From contig JAWKRB010000006.1 of the NCBI GenBank assembly GCA_041389885.1, positions 131,101 through 195,100 of the forward strand: a DNA stretch of 64,000 bases, given 5' to 3'. Positions 38,058 through 47,153 of this stretch are shown here, in pieces. The position numbers were made by a program, and so were the translations under genes. Each line of letters starts with the position of its first letter. Position 1 is the first letter of the stretch. The notes beneath the pieces were generated by a model. That model was not told where the DNA came from, searched no databases, and saw only the letters and a program-made list of their open reading frames with translations. Source of the stretch: Polyangiales bacterium. GTDB taxonomy: Bacteria > Myxococcota_A > Polyangia > Polyangiales > Ga0077539.

Positions 38058-38459
38058 ATGGCATACAGCGAAAAAGTCGTAGAGCACGCGGAGAACCCCC
38101 GCAACGTCGGCACCCTCGACGCGAAGGACCCGAACGTCGGCACGGGCCTCGTGGGCGCCCCCGCCTGCGGTGACGTGATGCGCCTTCAGATCAAGGTCGG
38201 CGACGACGGCGTGATCGAGGACGCGAAGTTCAAGACCTTCGGCTGCGGCTCGGCCATCGCGTCGAGCTCGCTGGCGACGGAGTGGCTCAAGGGGAGGACC
38301 CTCGACGAGGCGGCGTCGATCAAGAACACCGACATCGTGCACGAGCTCAACCTCCCGCCCGTGAAGATCCACTGCTCGGTGCTCGCCGAAGACGCCATCA
38401 AGAGCGCCATCGACGACTTTCGGGCGAAGCAGGCGGCGCGGCGCGCCTCGGAGGGCTGA
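38058..38459 (+). CDS. iscU: Fe-S cluster assembly scaffold IscU
   Basis: GAPACGD, LPPVKIHCSVLAED, FKTFGCGSAIASSS. Confidence 0.9.
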   Translation: MAYSEKVVEHAENPRNVGTLDAKDPNVGTGLVGAPACGDVMRLQIKVGDDGVIEDAKFKTFGCGSAIASSSLATEWLKGRTLDEAASIKNTDIVHELNLPPVKIHCSVLAEDAIKSAIDDFRAKQAARRASEG

Positions 38460-38816
38460 GTGATGGTCGAGGCGAGCGAGCGCGCGGCGATGAAGGTCGC
38501 GGTGACGCCCAAGGCCGTCGCGAAGGCCAAGGACGCGCTGAGCAAGCGCGGCACGCCCGGGGCGATGCTCCGACTCGGCGTCCGCGGCGGGGGGTGCTCG
38601 GGCTTCTCGTACGCCATCGAGTTCGCCGACGAGCCCGGTCCCCGAGACCACCTGTTCGAGTTCGACGGGCTGCGGGTCGTGGTCGACCCGAAGAGCCTCG
38701 TGTTCTTGAACGGCACGACCCTCGACTACGAGGTGAAGCTCATGCAGCACGGCTTCAAGTTCGTGAACCCCAACGAGCAGACCGGCTGCGGCTGCGGCGA
38801 GTCGTTCGGGGTCTGA
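38460..38816 (+). CDS. iscA: A-type Fe-S carrier IscA/HesB
   Basis: GGGCSGF ... C-terminal CGCGESF. Confidence 0.85.
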   Translation: MMVEASERAAMKVAVTPKAVAKAKDALSKRGTPGAMLRLGVRGGGCSGFSYAIEFADEPGPRDHLFEFDGLRVVVDPKSLVFLNGTTLDYEVKLMQHGFKFVNPNEQTGCGCGESFGV

Positions 38817-38820
38817 GCGC

Positions 38821-39327
38821 GTGCGCGACCCCTTCGCCGAGCTCGGCGTGCCCCGGCGCTTCGCCCTCCCCATGAAGGAGGTCGCGCAGCGCCACCGCGA
38901 CCTCTCCCGCGCCCTGCACCCCGACCGTCACGCCGCCGGCTCGGCCGCCGAGCGCAGGATCTCCATCGAGCGCGCCATGGCCGTCAACGAGGCCTGGCGC
39001 GTGGTGCGCGAGCCGCTCTCGCGCGCCCTCGCGCTGCTGGAGCTCCACGGCGCGCCGCTGCGAGACGGCGACCGCGCGCCCCCCGCGGTGCTGATGGACG
39101 TGATGGAGCTGCGGGAGTCGCTCGAGTCGGCCCGCGGAGACTCGGCCGCCATCGCCCCGCTCCGGGCGAGGGTCGCCGAGCGCATCGCGCAGGAGGAGGC
39201 CGTGCTGGCCGCCGCCCTCGACCTCGACGAGGTCACCCCCGAGGGCCTCGCGGCGGCCCGCGCCGCGGCGGTCAAGCTGAAGTACTACCGTCGCTTTGAA
39301 GAAGAAGCCGACGCGATGGACGACTGA
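38821..39327 (+). CDS. hscB: Fe-S cluster co-chaperone HscB (J-domain)
   Basis: J-domain with HPD ([11 protein letters not shown]) and a C-terminal helical domain. Confidence 0.8.
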   Translation: MRDPFAELGVPRRFALPMKEVAQRHRDLSRALHPDRHAAGSAAERRISIERAMAVNEAWRVVREPLSRALALLELHGAPLRDGDRAPPAVLMDVMELRESLESARGDSAAIAPLRARVAERIAQEEAVLAAALDLDEVTPEGLAAARAAAVKLKYYRRFEEEADAMDD

Positions 39328-39361
39328 TCCGCCGCGGCGCAGAAGGACCCGACACCCTCCC

Positions 39362-41278
39362 ATGGCCCTGTTGCAGATCTTCGACCCGAAGGCGCGCCCG
39401 ACGCCTGTCGGCATCGACCTTGGCACCACGAACTCGCTCGTCGCGTGGCTCGTCGACGGCGAGCCCATGTGCGTTCGCGACTGCGACGACTCGCCGCTGC
39501 TGCCCTCCGTGGTGCACTACCTCGCCGCCGGCGGCGTGGTGGTGGGCGCCGAGGCGCGCGCGAAGGCCGCCCGCGCGCCGCGCGAGACCATCGCGTCGGT
39601 GAAGCGCTTCATGGGGAGGGGCGCCGACGACGCCGAGACCCTGCGCCTCGGCACCTACGAGTTCGCGCCCGCCGTCGAGGGCGAGGGCAACGTCGTGCGC
39701 TTCAAGGTCCACGGGCGCGTGGTGACTCCCGTGGAGGTCAGCGCGGAGATCCTCCGGGTGCTGCGCGAGCGCGCCGAGGAGAAGCTCGCGACCCTCGGCG
39801 GAGCGGTGATCACCGTGCCGGCGTACTTCGACGACGCGCAGCGGCAGGCCACCAAGGACGCCGCGCGGCTCGCGGGCATCGAGGTGCTGCGGCTGCTCAA
39901 CGAGCCCACCGCCGCCGCCCTGGCCTACGGCCTCGACAAGGGGCGCACGCGGGGCACCTTCGCGGTCTACGACCTGGGGGGCGGCACCTTCGACGTCACC
40001 GTGCTCGAGCTCGACGACGGGGTCTTTCAGGTGCGCTCCACCGGCGGAGACGCGCAGCTCGGCGGAGACGACATGGACCGCGCGGTGGCGACGTGGCTCC
40101 TCAGGCGCGCGGAGGTGAGCGACGCCGACCCGACGGCCGTGCGCGCCGCCCTCGACGCCGCCCGCGCCGCGAAGCACACGCTCACCGACGCCGAGACCGC
40201 CGACGTGTCGATCACGCTGGGGGGCAAGGACCTGCGGCTCACGCTGACCCGCGCCGAGTTCGACGCCCTGGTGCTCCCGGTGGTCGAGCGCACGCGCCCC
40301 GCGTGCCGGCGCGCCCTCAAGGACGCCGGGGTGCGCGCCGAGGACCTCGACGGGGTGATCCTCGTGGGCGGCAGCACCCGCGTGCCCCTGGTGCGCACCT
40401 TCGTCCGCGAGCTCTTCGGGGCCGAGCTGCTCACCGACCTCGACCCCGAGCAGGTGGTGGCCTTCGGCGCGGCGCTGCAGGCCGACCTCCTCGCGGCGGA
40501 GTCGCCGGAGCACGACGCGCTGATCCTCGACGTGATCCCGCTCTCGCTGGGCCTCGAGACGATGGGCGGCGTGGCCGAGAAGATCCTCGCGCGCAACACC
40601 ACGATCCCTGCGGCGCGGGCGCAGAACTTCACGACCTACGCCGACAACCAGACCGGCTTCGAGCTCCACGTCGTGCAGGGCGAGCGCGAGCTCGCGGCCG
40701 ACAACCGCTCGCTGGCGCGCTTCACGCTCCGGGGGATCCCCCCGATGCCGGCGGGCGCGGCCCGGCTCGAGGTGACCTTTCGCGTCGACGCCGACGGCCT
40801 GCTCACCGTGACCGCCCGCGAGGAGAACACCGGGGTGACCCAGGAGGTCAGCGTCACGCCCTCGTTCGGGCTCTCGTCCGACGACGTCGAGCGCATGCTC
40901 CTCGACTCGTACGAGTTCGCCGAGGAGGACCTCCTCGCGCGTCAGCTCAAGGAGCGCACCGTCGACGCCGAGCGCGTGCTCGCCGCGACCCGCGTGGCCC
41001 TGGATCGAGACGGCGACCTCCTCGACGAGGACGAGCGCGCCGAGGTCGACGGCGCCGTCGCCATGCTGCAGAAGGCTCTGCAGGACAAGGACTCGCGCGC
41101 GATTCACCTGCGCGTCGAGGGCCTCGACCGCGCCACCCAGCCCCTCGCCGAGCGGCGGATGAACCGCGCGGTGGCGCAGGCGATGGCGGGGCACGACCTC
41201 GGCGAGTTCGAGGCGCTTGTGAAGGACCGGCCCGAGCACCCGCACCTGGCGGCGCTCGCGGCGGAGGAGGTGCGCTGA
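39362..41278 (+). CDS. hscA: Fe-S cluster chaperone HscA (Hsp70 family)
   Basis: [32 protein letters not shown] at 39362 is chosen over the upstream Arg-rich extension of the track ORF. Confidence 0.9.
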   Translation: MALLQIFDPKARPTPVGIDLGTTNSLVAWLVDGEPMCVRDCDDSPLLPSVVHYLAAGGVVVGAEARAKAARAPRETIASVKRFMGRGADDAETLRLGTYEFAPAVEGEGNVVRFKVHGRVVTPVEVSAEILRVLRERAEEKLATLGGAVITVPAYFDDAQRQATKDAARLAGIEVLRLLNEPTAAALAYGLDKGRTRGTFAVYDLGGGTFDVTVLELDDGVFQVRSTGGDAQLGGDDMDRAVATWLLRRAEVSDADPTAVRAALDAARAAKHTLTDAETADVSITLGGKDLRLTLTRAEFDALVLPVVERTRPACRRALKDAGVRAEDLDGVILVGGSTRVPLVRTFVRELFGAELLTDLDPEQVVAFGAALQADLLAAESPEHDALILDVIPLSLGLETMGGVAEKILARNTTIPAARAQNFTTYADNQTGFELHVVQGERELAADNRSLARFTLRGIPPMPAGAARLEVTFRVDADGLLTVTAREENTGVTQEVSVTPSFGLSSDDVERMLLDSYEFAEEDLLARQLKERTVDAERVLAATRVALDRDGDLLDEDERAEVDGAVAMLQKALQDKDSRAIHLRVEGLDRATQPLAERRMNRAVAQAMAGHDLGEFEALVKDRPEHPHLAALAAEEVR

Positions 41279-41655
41279 TGGCCACGGTACGATTCCTCAA
41301 CACCGACGACGGGGTGATGGTGGCCGAGGTGCCGCTGGGCACGTCGCTGCTCGAGGCCGCGCAGGCGGTGCACGCCCCCGAGGGCAGCGCCTGCGGCGGC
41401 GTGTGCGCGTGCTCGACCTGTCACGTGCACGTGAAGGTCGGCGGCGCGCTGCTCTCTGAGATGGAAGACGAGGAGAACGACATCCTCGACAAGGCCTTCG
41501 ACGTGGTGCTCACGTCCCGGCTGGGGTGCCAGGCGCGCATCGAGCGCGAGGGCGTCATCGAGGTGGAGATCACCCGCGAGAGCTTCGACACCTACTACAA
41601 CGAGCACCCCAAGGAGCGCCTCGCCCGCGAGGAGCGGCTCAAGGCTCGGTCGTGA
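41278..41655 (+). CDS. fdx: ISC-type [2Fe-2S] ferredoxin
   Basis: CGGVCACSTCHV ... LGCQ Cys pattern. ATG overlaps the hscA stop (TGATG). Confidence 0.85.
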   Translation: MATVRFLNTDDGVMVAEVPLGTSLLEAAQAVHAPEGSACGGVCACSTCHVHVKVGGALLSEMEDEENDILDKAFDVVLTSRLGCQARIEREGVIEVEITRESFDTYYNEHPKERLAREERLKARS

Positions 41656-43195
41656 CCCGCTCGACGCCGAGCTTCTTCATGCGGCTCTGCAGCGTCGAGG
41701 GCTTGAGGCCCAGGATCTCTGCGGCGCCCCCCGCGCCGTAGACCCTCCCGCGGGTGTGTCGCAGCACGGCACGAACGTGCGCGGCCTCGACCTCTTCGAG
41801 GCTGCGCAGGTCGGCGGCGGGCTCGTCGCGCGCTTCGCGGGCGGGGCGAGGGGACGTCTCGGTCGGCTCCTGCGCGAGCGCGGTGAGCTCGGGGCCGGGG
41901 GAGAGGATCATCGCGCGCTCCAGCGCGTTGCCGAGCTCGCGCACGTTGCCGGGCCAGGCGCGGGCGCGGAGTCGAGCCATGCCCTCGGGGCCGACCCAGC
42001 AGCCCCGGCGCCCCGTGCGCCGCCCGAGGTCGCGCAGGAGCACCTCGCAGAGCGCGGGGAGGTCCTCGGGGCGCTCGCGCAGCGGCGGCACGGTGAGCGG
42101 GAACACGTCGAGGCGATAGAACAGGTCGGCGCGGAACCTCCCTTCGGCGACGGCGCGGGCGAGGTCGACGTGCGTCGCGGCGATGACCCTGGCGTCGACC
42201 CGCGCCGTGCGGTCGCTCCCCACGGGCTCGAAGGTGCCCTCCTGGAGCACCCGGAGCAGCTTGGCCTGCAGGTCGAGCGGGAGCTCACCGATCTCGTCGA
42301 GGAGCAAAGTGCCCCCGTCGGCGGTCTGGAACCGCCCGGCGCGGTCGCGGGTCGCGCCGGTGAAGGCCCCGCGCACGTGCCCGAAGAGCTCGCTCTCGAG
42401 CAGCGCGCCGGGGATCGCGGCGCAGTTGATCTTCACGAAGGGGCGCTCGGCGCGGGCGCTCCAGCGGTGAATCGCGCGGGCCAGGTGCTCCTTGCCCGTG
42501 CCCGTCTCGCCGAGGATCAGCACCGGCGTGTCGGTGCGCGCGACCTGCCGCGCGCGCTCGGCGAGCTGGCGCATCGACGGCGCGCTGGAGCGTGACAGCA
42601 CCCCGTCGTCGTCGCCGTGCACCTCTTCGTCGAGCAGCCGCGCGTGCTCCCGCTGCTGCGCGTGGAGGCGGGCGAGGGCGGCCCGCTGCGCGGCGTTCTC
42701 GAGGGCCAGGGCGAGCACCTGCGCGTAGACCTCGACGAGGTCGACGATCGCGGGGGGAAAGACCTCGCAGCGCGTGCGATCGAGGGTGAGCAGCCCGAGC
42801 GGGCCCTCGGAGGTGAACAGCGGCACCACCATGCACGCGTGGCCGGGGGGGAGGTCGAGCACGCCGTCGAAGGGGTCGCCGTCGCCGTCGCGGTGGTCGT
42901 CTTCGGTGAAGGCCCGCGCCCGCCGCGACGCGATGGCCTCGCGCACCGACGGGAACCTCGAGAGCTCCAAGCTCATCGCGCGGACCCTGCGGTCTGCGAG
43001 CAGCCCGCGGGCGGCGCGCACCACGAGCCGCTCTTCGACCAGCTCGAAGACCGTCGCGAGGTCATAGGGCGCGACCTTCGCCAGCCAGTCGAGGCCGCGA
43101 CGGAGGATCTCATCCGGATCGCCGGTGCCCTGGGTGGCCGAGCGCAGCGTCTCGGTGACCGACCGGGACAACGGCTCAAAGGGCTCGGCGCGCAT
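41639..43195 (-). CDS. sigma-54-dependent transcriptional activator with an N-terminal GAF domain (bacterial enhancer-binding protein)
   Basis: AAA+ sigma-54 interaction domain (GETGTGKE Walker A, ESELFGH GAFTGA motif, LLLDEIGEL, GNVREL). N-terminal GAF-like domain. C-terminal helix-turn-helix. Confidence 0.85.
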   Translation of the reverse strand: MRAEPFEPLSRSVTETLRSATQGTGDPDEILRRGLDWLAKVAPYDLATVFELVEERLVVRAARGLLADRRVRAMSLELSRFPSVREAIASRRARAFTEDDHRDGDGDPFDGVLDLPPGHACMVVPLFTSEGPLGLLTLDRTRCEVFPPAIVDLVEVYAQVLALALENAAQRAALARLHAQQREHARLLDEEVHGDDDGVLSRSSAPSMRQLAERARQVARTDTPVLILGETGTGKEHLARAIHRWSARAERPFVKINCAAIPGALLESELFGHVRGAFTGATRDRAGRFQTADGGTLLLDEIGELPLDLQAKLLRVLQEGTFEPVGSDRTARVDARVIAATHVDLARAVAEGRFRADLFYRLDVFPLTVPPLRERPEDLPALCEVLLRDLGRRTGRRGCWVGPEGMARLRARAWPGNVRELGNALERAMILSPGPELTALAQEPTETSPRPAREARDEPAADLRSLEEVEAAHVRAVLRHTRGRVYGAGGAAEILGLKPSTLQSRMKKLGVERVTTEP

Positions 43196-43217
43196 CCCCC
43201 TCCTCTGCCACGGGCGA

Positions 43218-43255
43218 CACCGAAATACCAGTGGTGACCCACCGAAATGCCGGTG
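43218..43255. promoter_or_regulatory. two tandem imperfect palindromes (CACCG-N6-C(A/G)GTG), candidate enhancer-binding-protein upstream activating sites
   Basis: caccgaaataccagtggtg and caccgaaatgccggtg start 22 bp apart, about 65-100 bp upstream of the sigma-54 promoter. Confidence 0.45.
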
Positions 43256-43318
43256 TCACCGAGGGGTGGGTGCGCGTCTCGGGCCCTGATTTCGCTTGAA
43301 ATACAGGGGAATTCAACA

Positions 43319-43334
43319 CGGCACGGGAGCTGCT
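43319..43334 (+). promoter_or_regulatory. candidate sigma-54 (-24/-12) promoter for ahpC-ahpD
   Basis: CGGCACGggagCTGCT matches TGGCAC-N5-TTGC with GG and GC 12 bp apart. It lies about 50 bp upstream of the ahpC ATG and is divergent from the enhancer-binding-protein gene. Confidence 0.5.
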
Positions 43335-43385
43335 CAAGGGGAGTTCGACCTCGCAGATCGCGGGGCGCAACCAGGAGAACAGACC

Positions 43386-43916
43386 ATGCTGAGTGTTGGA
43401 GACCGCCTGCCTTCTTTCTCGCTCAAGGCCGCCGTGAGCCTGGAGCCCGGCAAGGAGTTCGCGGACGTCACCGATGGGTCCTACGAGGGCAAGTGGCGGG
43501 TGCTCTTCGCGTGGCCGATGGACTTCACGTTCATCTGTCCGACGGAGATCATCGAGTTCGGCAAGGCGCACGGTGATTTCGCCGACCGGGACGCGCAGCT
43601 GCTGGGGATGAGCACCGACACCCACCACGTGCACCTCGCGTGGAGGCGACACCACGACGGGCTGCGGGACCTCCCCTTTCCCATGCTCGCCGACACGAAG
43701 CGCGAGCTCTCGAGCGCCCTCGGGATCCTGCACAAGACCGACGGCGTGTGCCTCCGCGCGACCTTCATCGTCGACCCGCAGGGGGAGATCCGCTGGGCCA
43801 GCGTCAACGACCTGAGCGTGGGGCGGAGCGTGCCCGAGGTGCTCCGGGTGCTCGACGCGCTGCAGACCGACGAGCTCTGCCCGTGCAACTGGCAGAAGGG
43901 CGAAGCCACCCTGTGA
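43386..43916 (+). CDS. ahpC: peroxiredoxin, AhpC/TSA family (2-Cys)
   Basis: FTFICPTE peroxidatic Cys and C-terminal resolving CPCNW. AGGAGA ribosome-binding site. Start is inside track ORF 43296..43916. Confidence 0.85.
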   Translation: MLSVGDRLPSFSLKAAVSLEPGKEFADVTDGSYEGKWRVLFAWPMDFTFICPTEIIEFGKAHGDFADRDAQLLGMSTDTHHVHLAWRRHHDGLRDLPFPMLADTKRELSSALGILHKTDGVCLRATFIVDPQGEIRWASVNDLSVGRSVPEVLRVLDALQTDELCPCNWQKGEATL

Positions 43917-43926
43917 GGCGCTGACC

Positions 43927-44448
43927 ATGGAGAACCTCGACGCGCTCCTCGATCGCCTCCCCGACGCCGCGAAGGACCTGCGGCTCAACGTCAAGGCCGT
44001 CCTCGGCGAGAGCTCGCTCACGCCCGCGCAGACCTGGGGCACCGCCGTCGCGTCCGCCATCGCGGCGGACCACCCGGAGCTCCAGCGGGCGGTGACCGAG
44101 GCCGCCCGCGCGCGCGTCGAGGCGCCGGTCCTCGACGACGCCGTCGCCGCCGCGGCGATCATGGGGATGAACAACGTGTTCTACCGGTTTCGGCACATGG
44201 TGCCGGGCTACGAGCAGATCCCCGCGCGCCTGCGCATGAACCGCCTCGGGCGCCCCGCGACGAGCCGCGTGGACCTCGAGCTCTTCTCCCTCGCGGTGAG
44301 CGCGATTCACGGCTGCGAGGCATGCGTGCGCTCGCACGAGAAGGTCGCGCTCGAGGGCGGCCTCTCGCAGCAGCAGGTGTTCGACGCCGTGCGCATCGCC
44401 GCGGTGCTGCACGGCGCCGCGGTCGCGCTGCGCGGCGCGGCGTCCTGA
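43927..44448 (+). CDS. ahpD: alkylhydroperoxidase AhpD-family protein (carboxymuconolactone decarboxylase fold)
   Basis: HGCEACVRSH (CxxxH-type) motif. Located directly downstream of ahpC. Confidence 0.8.
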   Translation: MENLDALLDRLPDAAKDLRLNVKAVLGESSLTPAQTWGTAVASAIAADHPELQRAVTEAARARVEAPVLDDAVAAAAIMGMNNVFYRFRHMVPGYEQIPARLRMNRLGRPATSRVDLELFSLAVSAIHGCEACVRSHEKVALEGGLSQQQVFDAVRIAAVLHGAAVALRGAAS

Positions 44449-44469
44449 GCGGCGCCGGGGCGCGCGTCG

Positions 44470-45507
44470 CTACCGCACGCGCCTGCGCTGCAGGGGCCCC
44501 GACGCGACCACCTCAAAGGCCGTGCCGGGGATCGCCTTGAGCTGCTCGAGGTCGTGGTCGTTCCAGCGCCGGTCGGTGGCGCCGCTGACGTACCAATTTC
44601 CGCCCGTGTCGGCGACGAACATCCCGTACCGCTGCAGCGCGACCGCGATGACCCGCGCCTGACCCCGCAGCGACGCCGTGGGGTAGCTGGCCTTGAGCCG
44701 CATGCGCAGCCCCATGGGGGGCGCCTCGGCGTCGTGGTCGTCGCCGCCGGGGTGGGTCGCCGGCGCGATCCACGCGGCCTGCGTGTGCTCAAAGGTCACC
44801 CTGAGCGCGTGGCGGATCTCGCCCTGCATCACCTCGTCGAAGCGCGCGAGGCCGGGGAGAATCGGGAGCCCCGCCTGGTCGCAGGAGGTCCACTCTCGCG
44901 GGCGCAGGCGGTTGCTTCGGAGGTCGAAGGTCGCGCCCGACCCCGCCGCCCAGCCCGCCCCGTCTCGCACCGCGTGGTAGAGCTCGAAGAGCCTGCACGA
45001 GCCCTGCTGCACCACGAGCACGTGGTGGTCGCGGCCCACCTCGATGGGCGCGTCGGGCGGGATCGGGTAGGGCCCCGGGTCGCTCTCGTCGCCGTACTCC
45101 GTGAAGCGAATGGGCACCCGCGCCTGCGTCGCCGGGACGACCACGTAGGGGATGCCGTAGTCAGGGTTCGACCCGAAATCGGGGTGGAGGTTCGGGTCGC
45201 CGTGGCGCTGGATGTTCGCGATGTAGCGGTCCGAGAGGGGGTCGACGGGGTCGCGGGAGACGTCGCGGTTCCACGGGTTGTCGGAGGGGAAGACCTCGCA
45301 CCCGCCCACGGTCGGCCGCGCGTCGGCGGCGACGGTCACGGGGATGTTGGCGATGGCCGACTCCGACGGCTCGCCCGAGGGCTCGACGCTCTCGGGCTGC
45401 GCGACCTGCGTCGTCTCGGGGGCCATGCGCTGGAGGATCCGCGAGGGGGAGCACCGGCACGAGGCCAGGCAGGGGAGCGACAAGAGGGCGAGGCGCGCGA
45501 GGTTCAC
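44470..45507 (-). CDS. hypothetical secreted lipoprotein
   Basis: Signal LSLPCLASC. No recognisable domain. Confidence 0.4.
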   Translation of the reverse strand: MNLARLALLSLPCLASCRCSPSRILQRMAPETTQVAQPESVEPSGEPSESAIANIPVTVAADARPTVGGCEVFPSDNPWNRDVSRDPVDPLSDRYIANIQRHGDPNLHPDFGSNPDYGIPYVVVPATQARVPIRFTEYGDESDPGPYPIPPDAPIEVGRDHHVLVVQQGSCRLFELYHAVRDGAGWAAGSGATFDLRSNRLRPREWTSCDQAGLPILPGLARFDEVMQGEIRHALRVTFEHTQAAWIAPATHPGGDDHDAEAPPMGLRMRLKASYPTASLRGQARVIAVALQRYGMFVADTGGNWYVSGATDRRWNDHDLEQLKAIPGTAFEVVASGPLQRRRVR

Positions 45508-45528
45508 CGTGGGGTGAGGCAGGTCGTA

Positions 45529-47001
45529 TCACCGCGCGACGAGGCGCCGCAACGCGCCGATCGCCGCGCGGCCGTCGTCGGTGCGCGCGGCGAGGGCCGC
45601 GAGGGTCGCGGGGAGGCTGAGCGCGAGCGCGAGGTGCAGCGCGAGGTCGAGGGCGAGGGAGCCCGTGCGCGTGGCGCTCCCCGCGACGCCGAGGAGCAGC
45701 GCGGCGGCGGTGATCGCGCCGAACGCCGCGTAGTCGTATCGGACCGGCAGCACCCTGCGCGACGCGGCGTGGAGGCCCACCGCGTAGACCAGGAACACCA
45801 CCGGGCTCACCACCAGCGCGCCGCGAAATCCCCAGCGCTGCACGAGGAACCAGCCCACGACGACGTCGAGCGCCGCGACCAGGGGCTCGAACCACGCGAG
45901 GGCTCGCGCGTCGCCGCCCACGAGCAGGCCGTTGCGAAAGAACTCGCCCATCTCCCGCAGGGCGTACCCGATGGCGACGGAGGGGATCACCCAGCGCGCG
46001 GCGGAGAACGAAGGCCCAGCGACCAGGGACACCAGCTCGGGCGCGAGGAGGGTCAGCCCCAGCGCGGCGCTCGCGTACAGCCCGAAGAAGAGCGTCGCGG
46101 CCCGGGCGTAGCGCGCGGGGCCGTCAGGCTCCGCCCAGACCTCGTACATACGCGCGCCCCAGGCGTTGCGCAGGGGGCTGCCGAGGCTGCTGCTCACCTG
46201 CACCCCGAAGCGAACTCCGAGGGACCACACGCCGACCTCTTCGAGGGTGCAGAACGCGTTGAGGTGCACCGCGCGGGTGTGGCCCAGCGCGATGAGGGCC
46301 AGGGCGCCGGGGAGCAGCGGCCACCCGAAGCGCAGGAGCCGCGCGAGCACGGCGGCGTCGAAGGCGCGCCCGTTCTCTCGGAGCGTGAGGACGCCCAGGG
46401 CGACGGCGTAGAGCGCCGAGGTCACCAGGGATGACAGGCAGATGCCCGCCACGCCGAGGTTCATCGGCACGACGAAGGCGACGTTGAGCGCGAAGCCCAG
46501 CGCGGCGCGGGAGAGGGTCCACGCGACGAAGGCGCCCGCTCGGCCGTCGGCGCGGAGGATGGCGAGGGGCACCTCGAGCACGCCCTGAAAGGCGACGGAG
46601 GCGAAGGTCATTCGCAGCACGTCGGCGCGCGACGCGTCGCGGATCCAGACGCGCGCGAGGGCGGGCGAGGCGAGCACGCCGAACGCGCTGACGAGGGCGC
46701 CCAGCACGCAGAGGGCGAGCACCGTGGTGGAGATCACCCGGCGCCGCTCGGCGGCGTCGGCCGCGGCGCGCACGTTTCGAATCACCGGGTCGGCCAGGGC
46801 CGCGCTGAAGAGCGTCACCGCGGTCAGGTCCGCGGTGTCGAGCAGCTCGAGCACGCCCAGCTCCCGCGCGCCGAGGTGGTGCGCGTAGATGGGCACCATC
46901 ACGAAGCCGAGCACCCGCGTCACCACCATCGCGAGCACGTACGCGCTCGCGTCGCGCGCGGCGCCCGCGCTCGGTGTGTTCGCGGGCGGTGTGGGGGTCA
47001 C
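45529..47001 (-). CDS. MOP-superfamily oligosaccharide flippase (Wzx-like polysaccharide biosynthesis protein)
   Basis: About 490 aa with 12-14 TM helices and Wzx-like loop spacing. Confidence 0.65.
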   Translation of the reverse strand: MTPTPPANTPSAGAARDASAYVLAMVVTRVLGFVMVPIYAHHLGARELGVLELLDTADLTAVTLFSAALADPVIRNVRAAADAAERRRVISTTVLALCVLGALVSAFGVLASPALARVWIRDASRADVLRMTFASVAFQGVLEVPLAILRADGRAGAFVAWTLSRAALGFALNVAFVVPMNLGVAGICLSSLVTSALYAVALGVLTLRENGRAFDAAVLARLLRFGWPLLPGALALIALGHTRAVHLNAFCTLEEVGVWSLGVRFGVQVSSSLGSPLRNAWGARMYEVWAEPDGPARYARAATLFFGLYASAALGLTLLAPELVSLVAGPSFSAARWVIPSVAIGYALREMGEFFRNGLLVGGDARALAWFEPLVAALDVVVGWFLVQRWGFRGALVVSPVVFLVYAVGLHAASRRVLPVRYDYAAFGAITAAALLLGVAGSATRTGSLALDLALHLALALSLPATLAALAARTDDGRAAIGALRRLVAR

Positions 47002-47153
47002 GGCCGCACAGTCCTAAAAAACTCCACCCCCGCGCAAGGCGAAGCCACCCGCGGGCTGCGGGGAGAATTCCGCGGTTTCTGCGCGCACGGCGTTGACCCA
47101 GACCGTGCGCGCCGGGGACACTGGGCCTTCATAGGCTGCATCGGAGGTTCCTG

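Noticed and set aside
39296-39361. Upstream extension of hscA ([17 protein letters not shown]...)
   Set aside because: Arg/Pro-rich, overlaps hscB, and is not part of the Hsp70 fold. The ATG at 39362 matches the conserved N-terminus.
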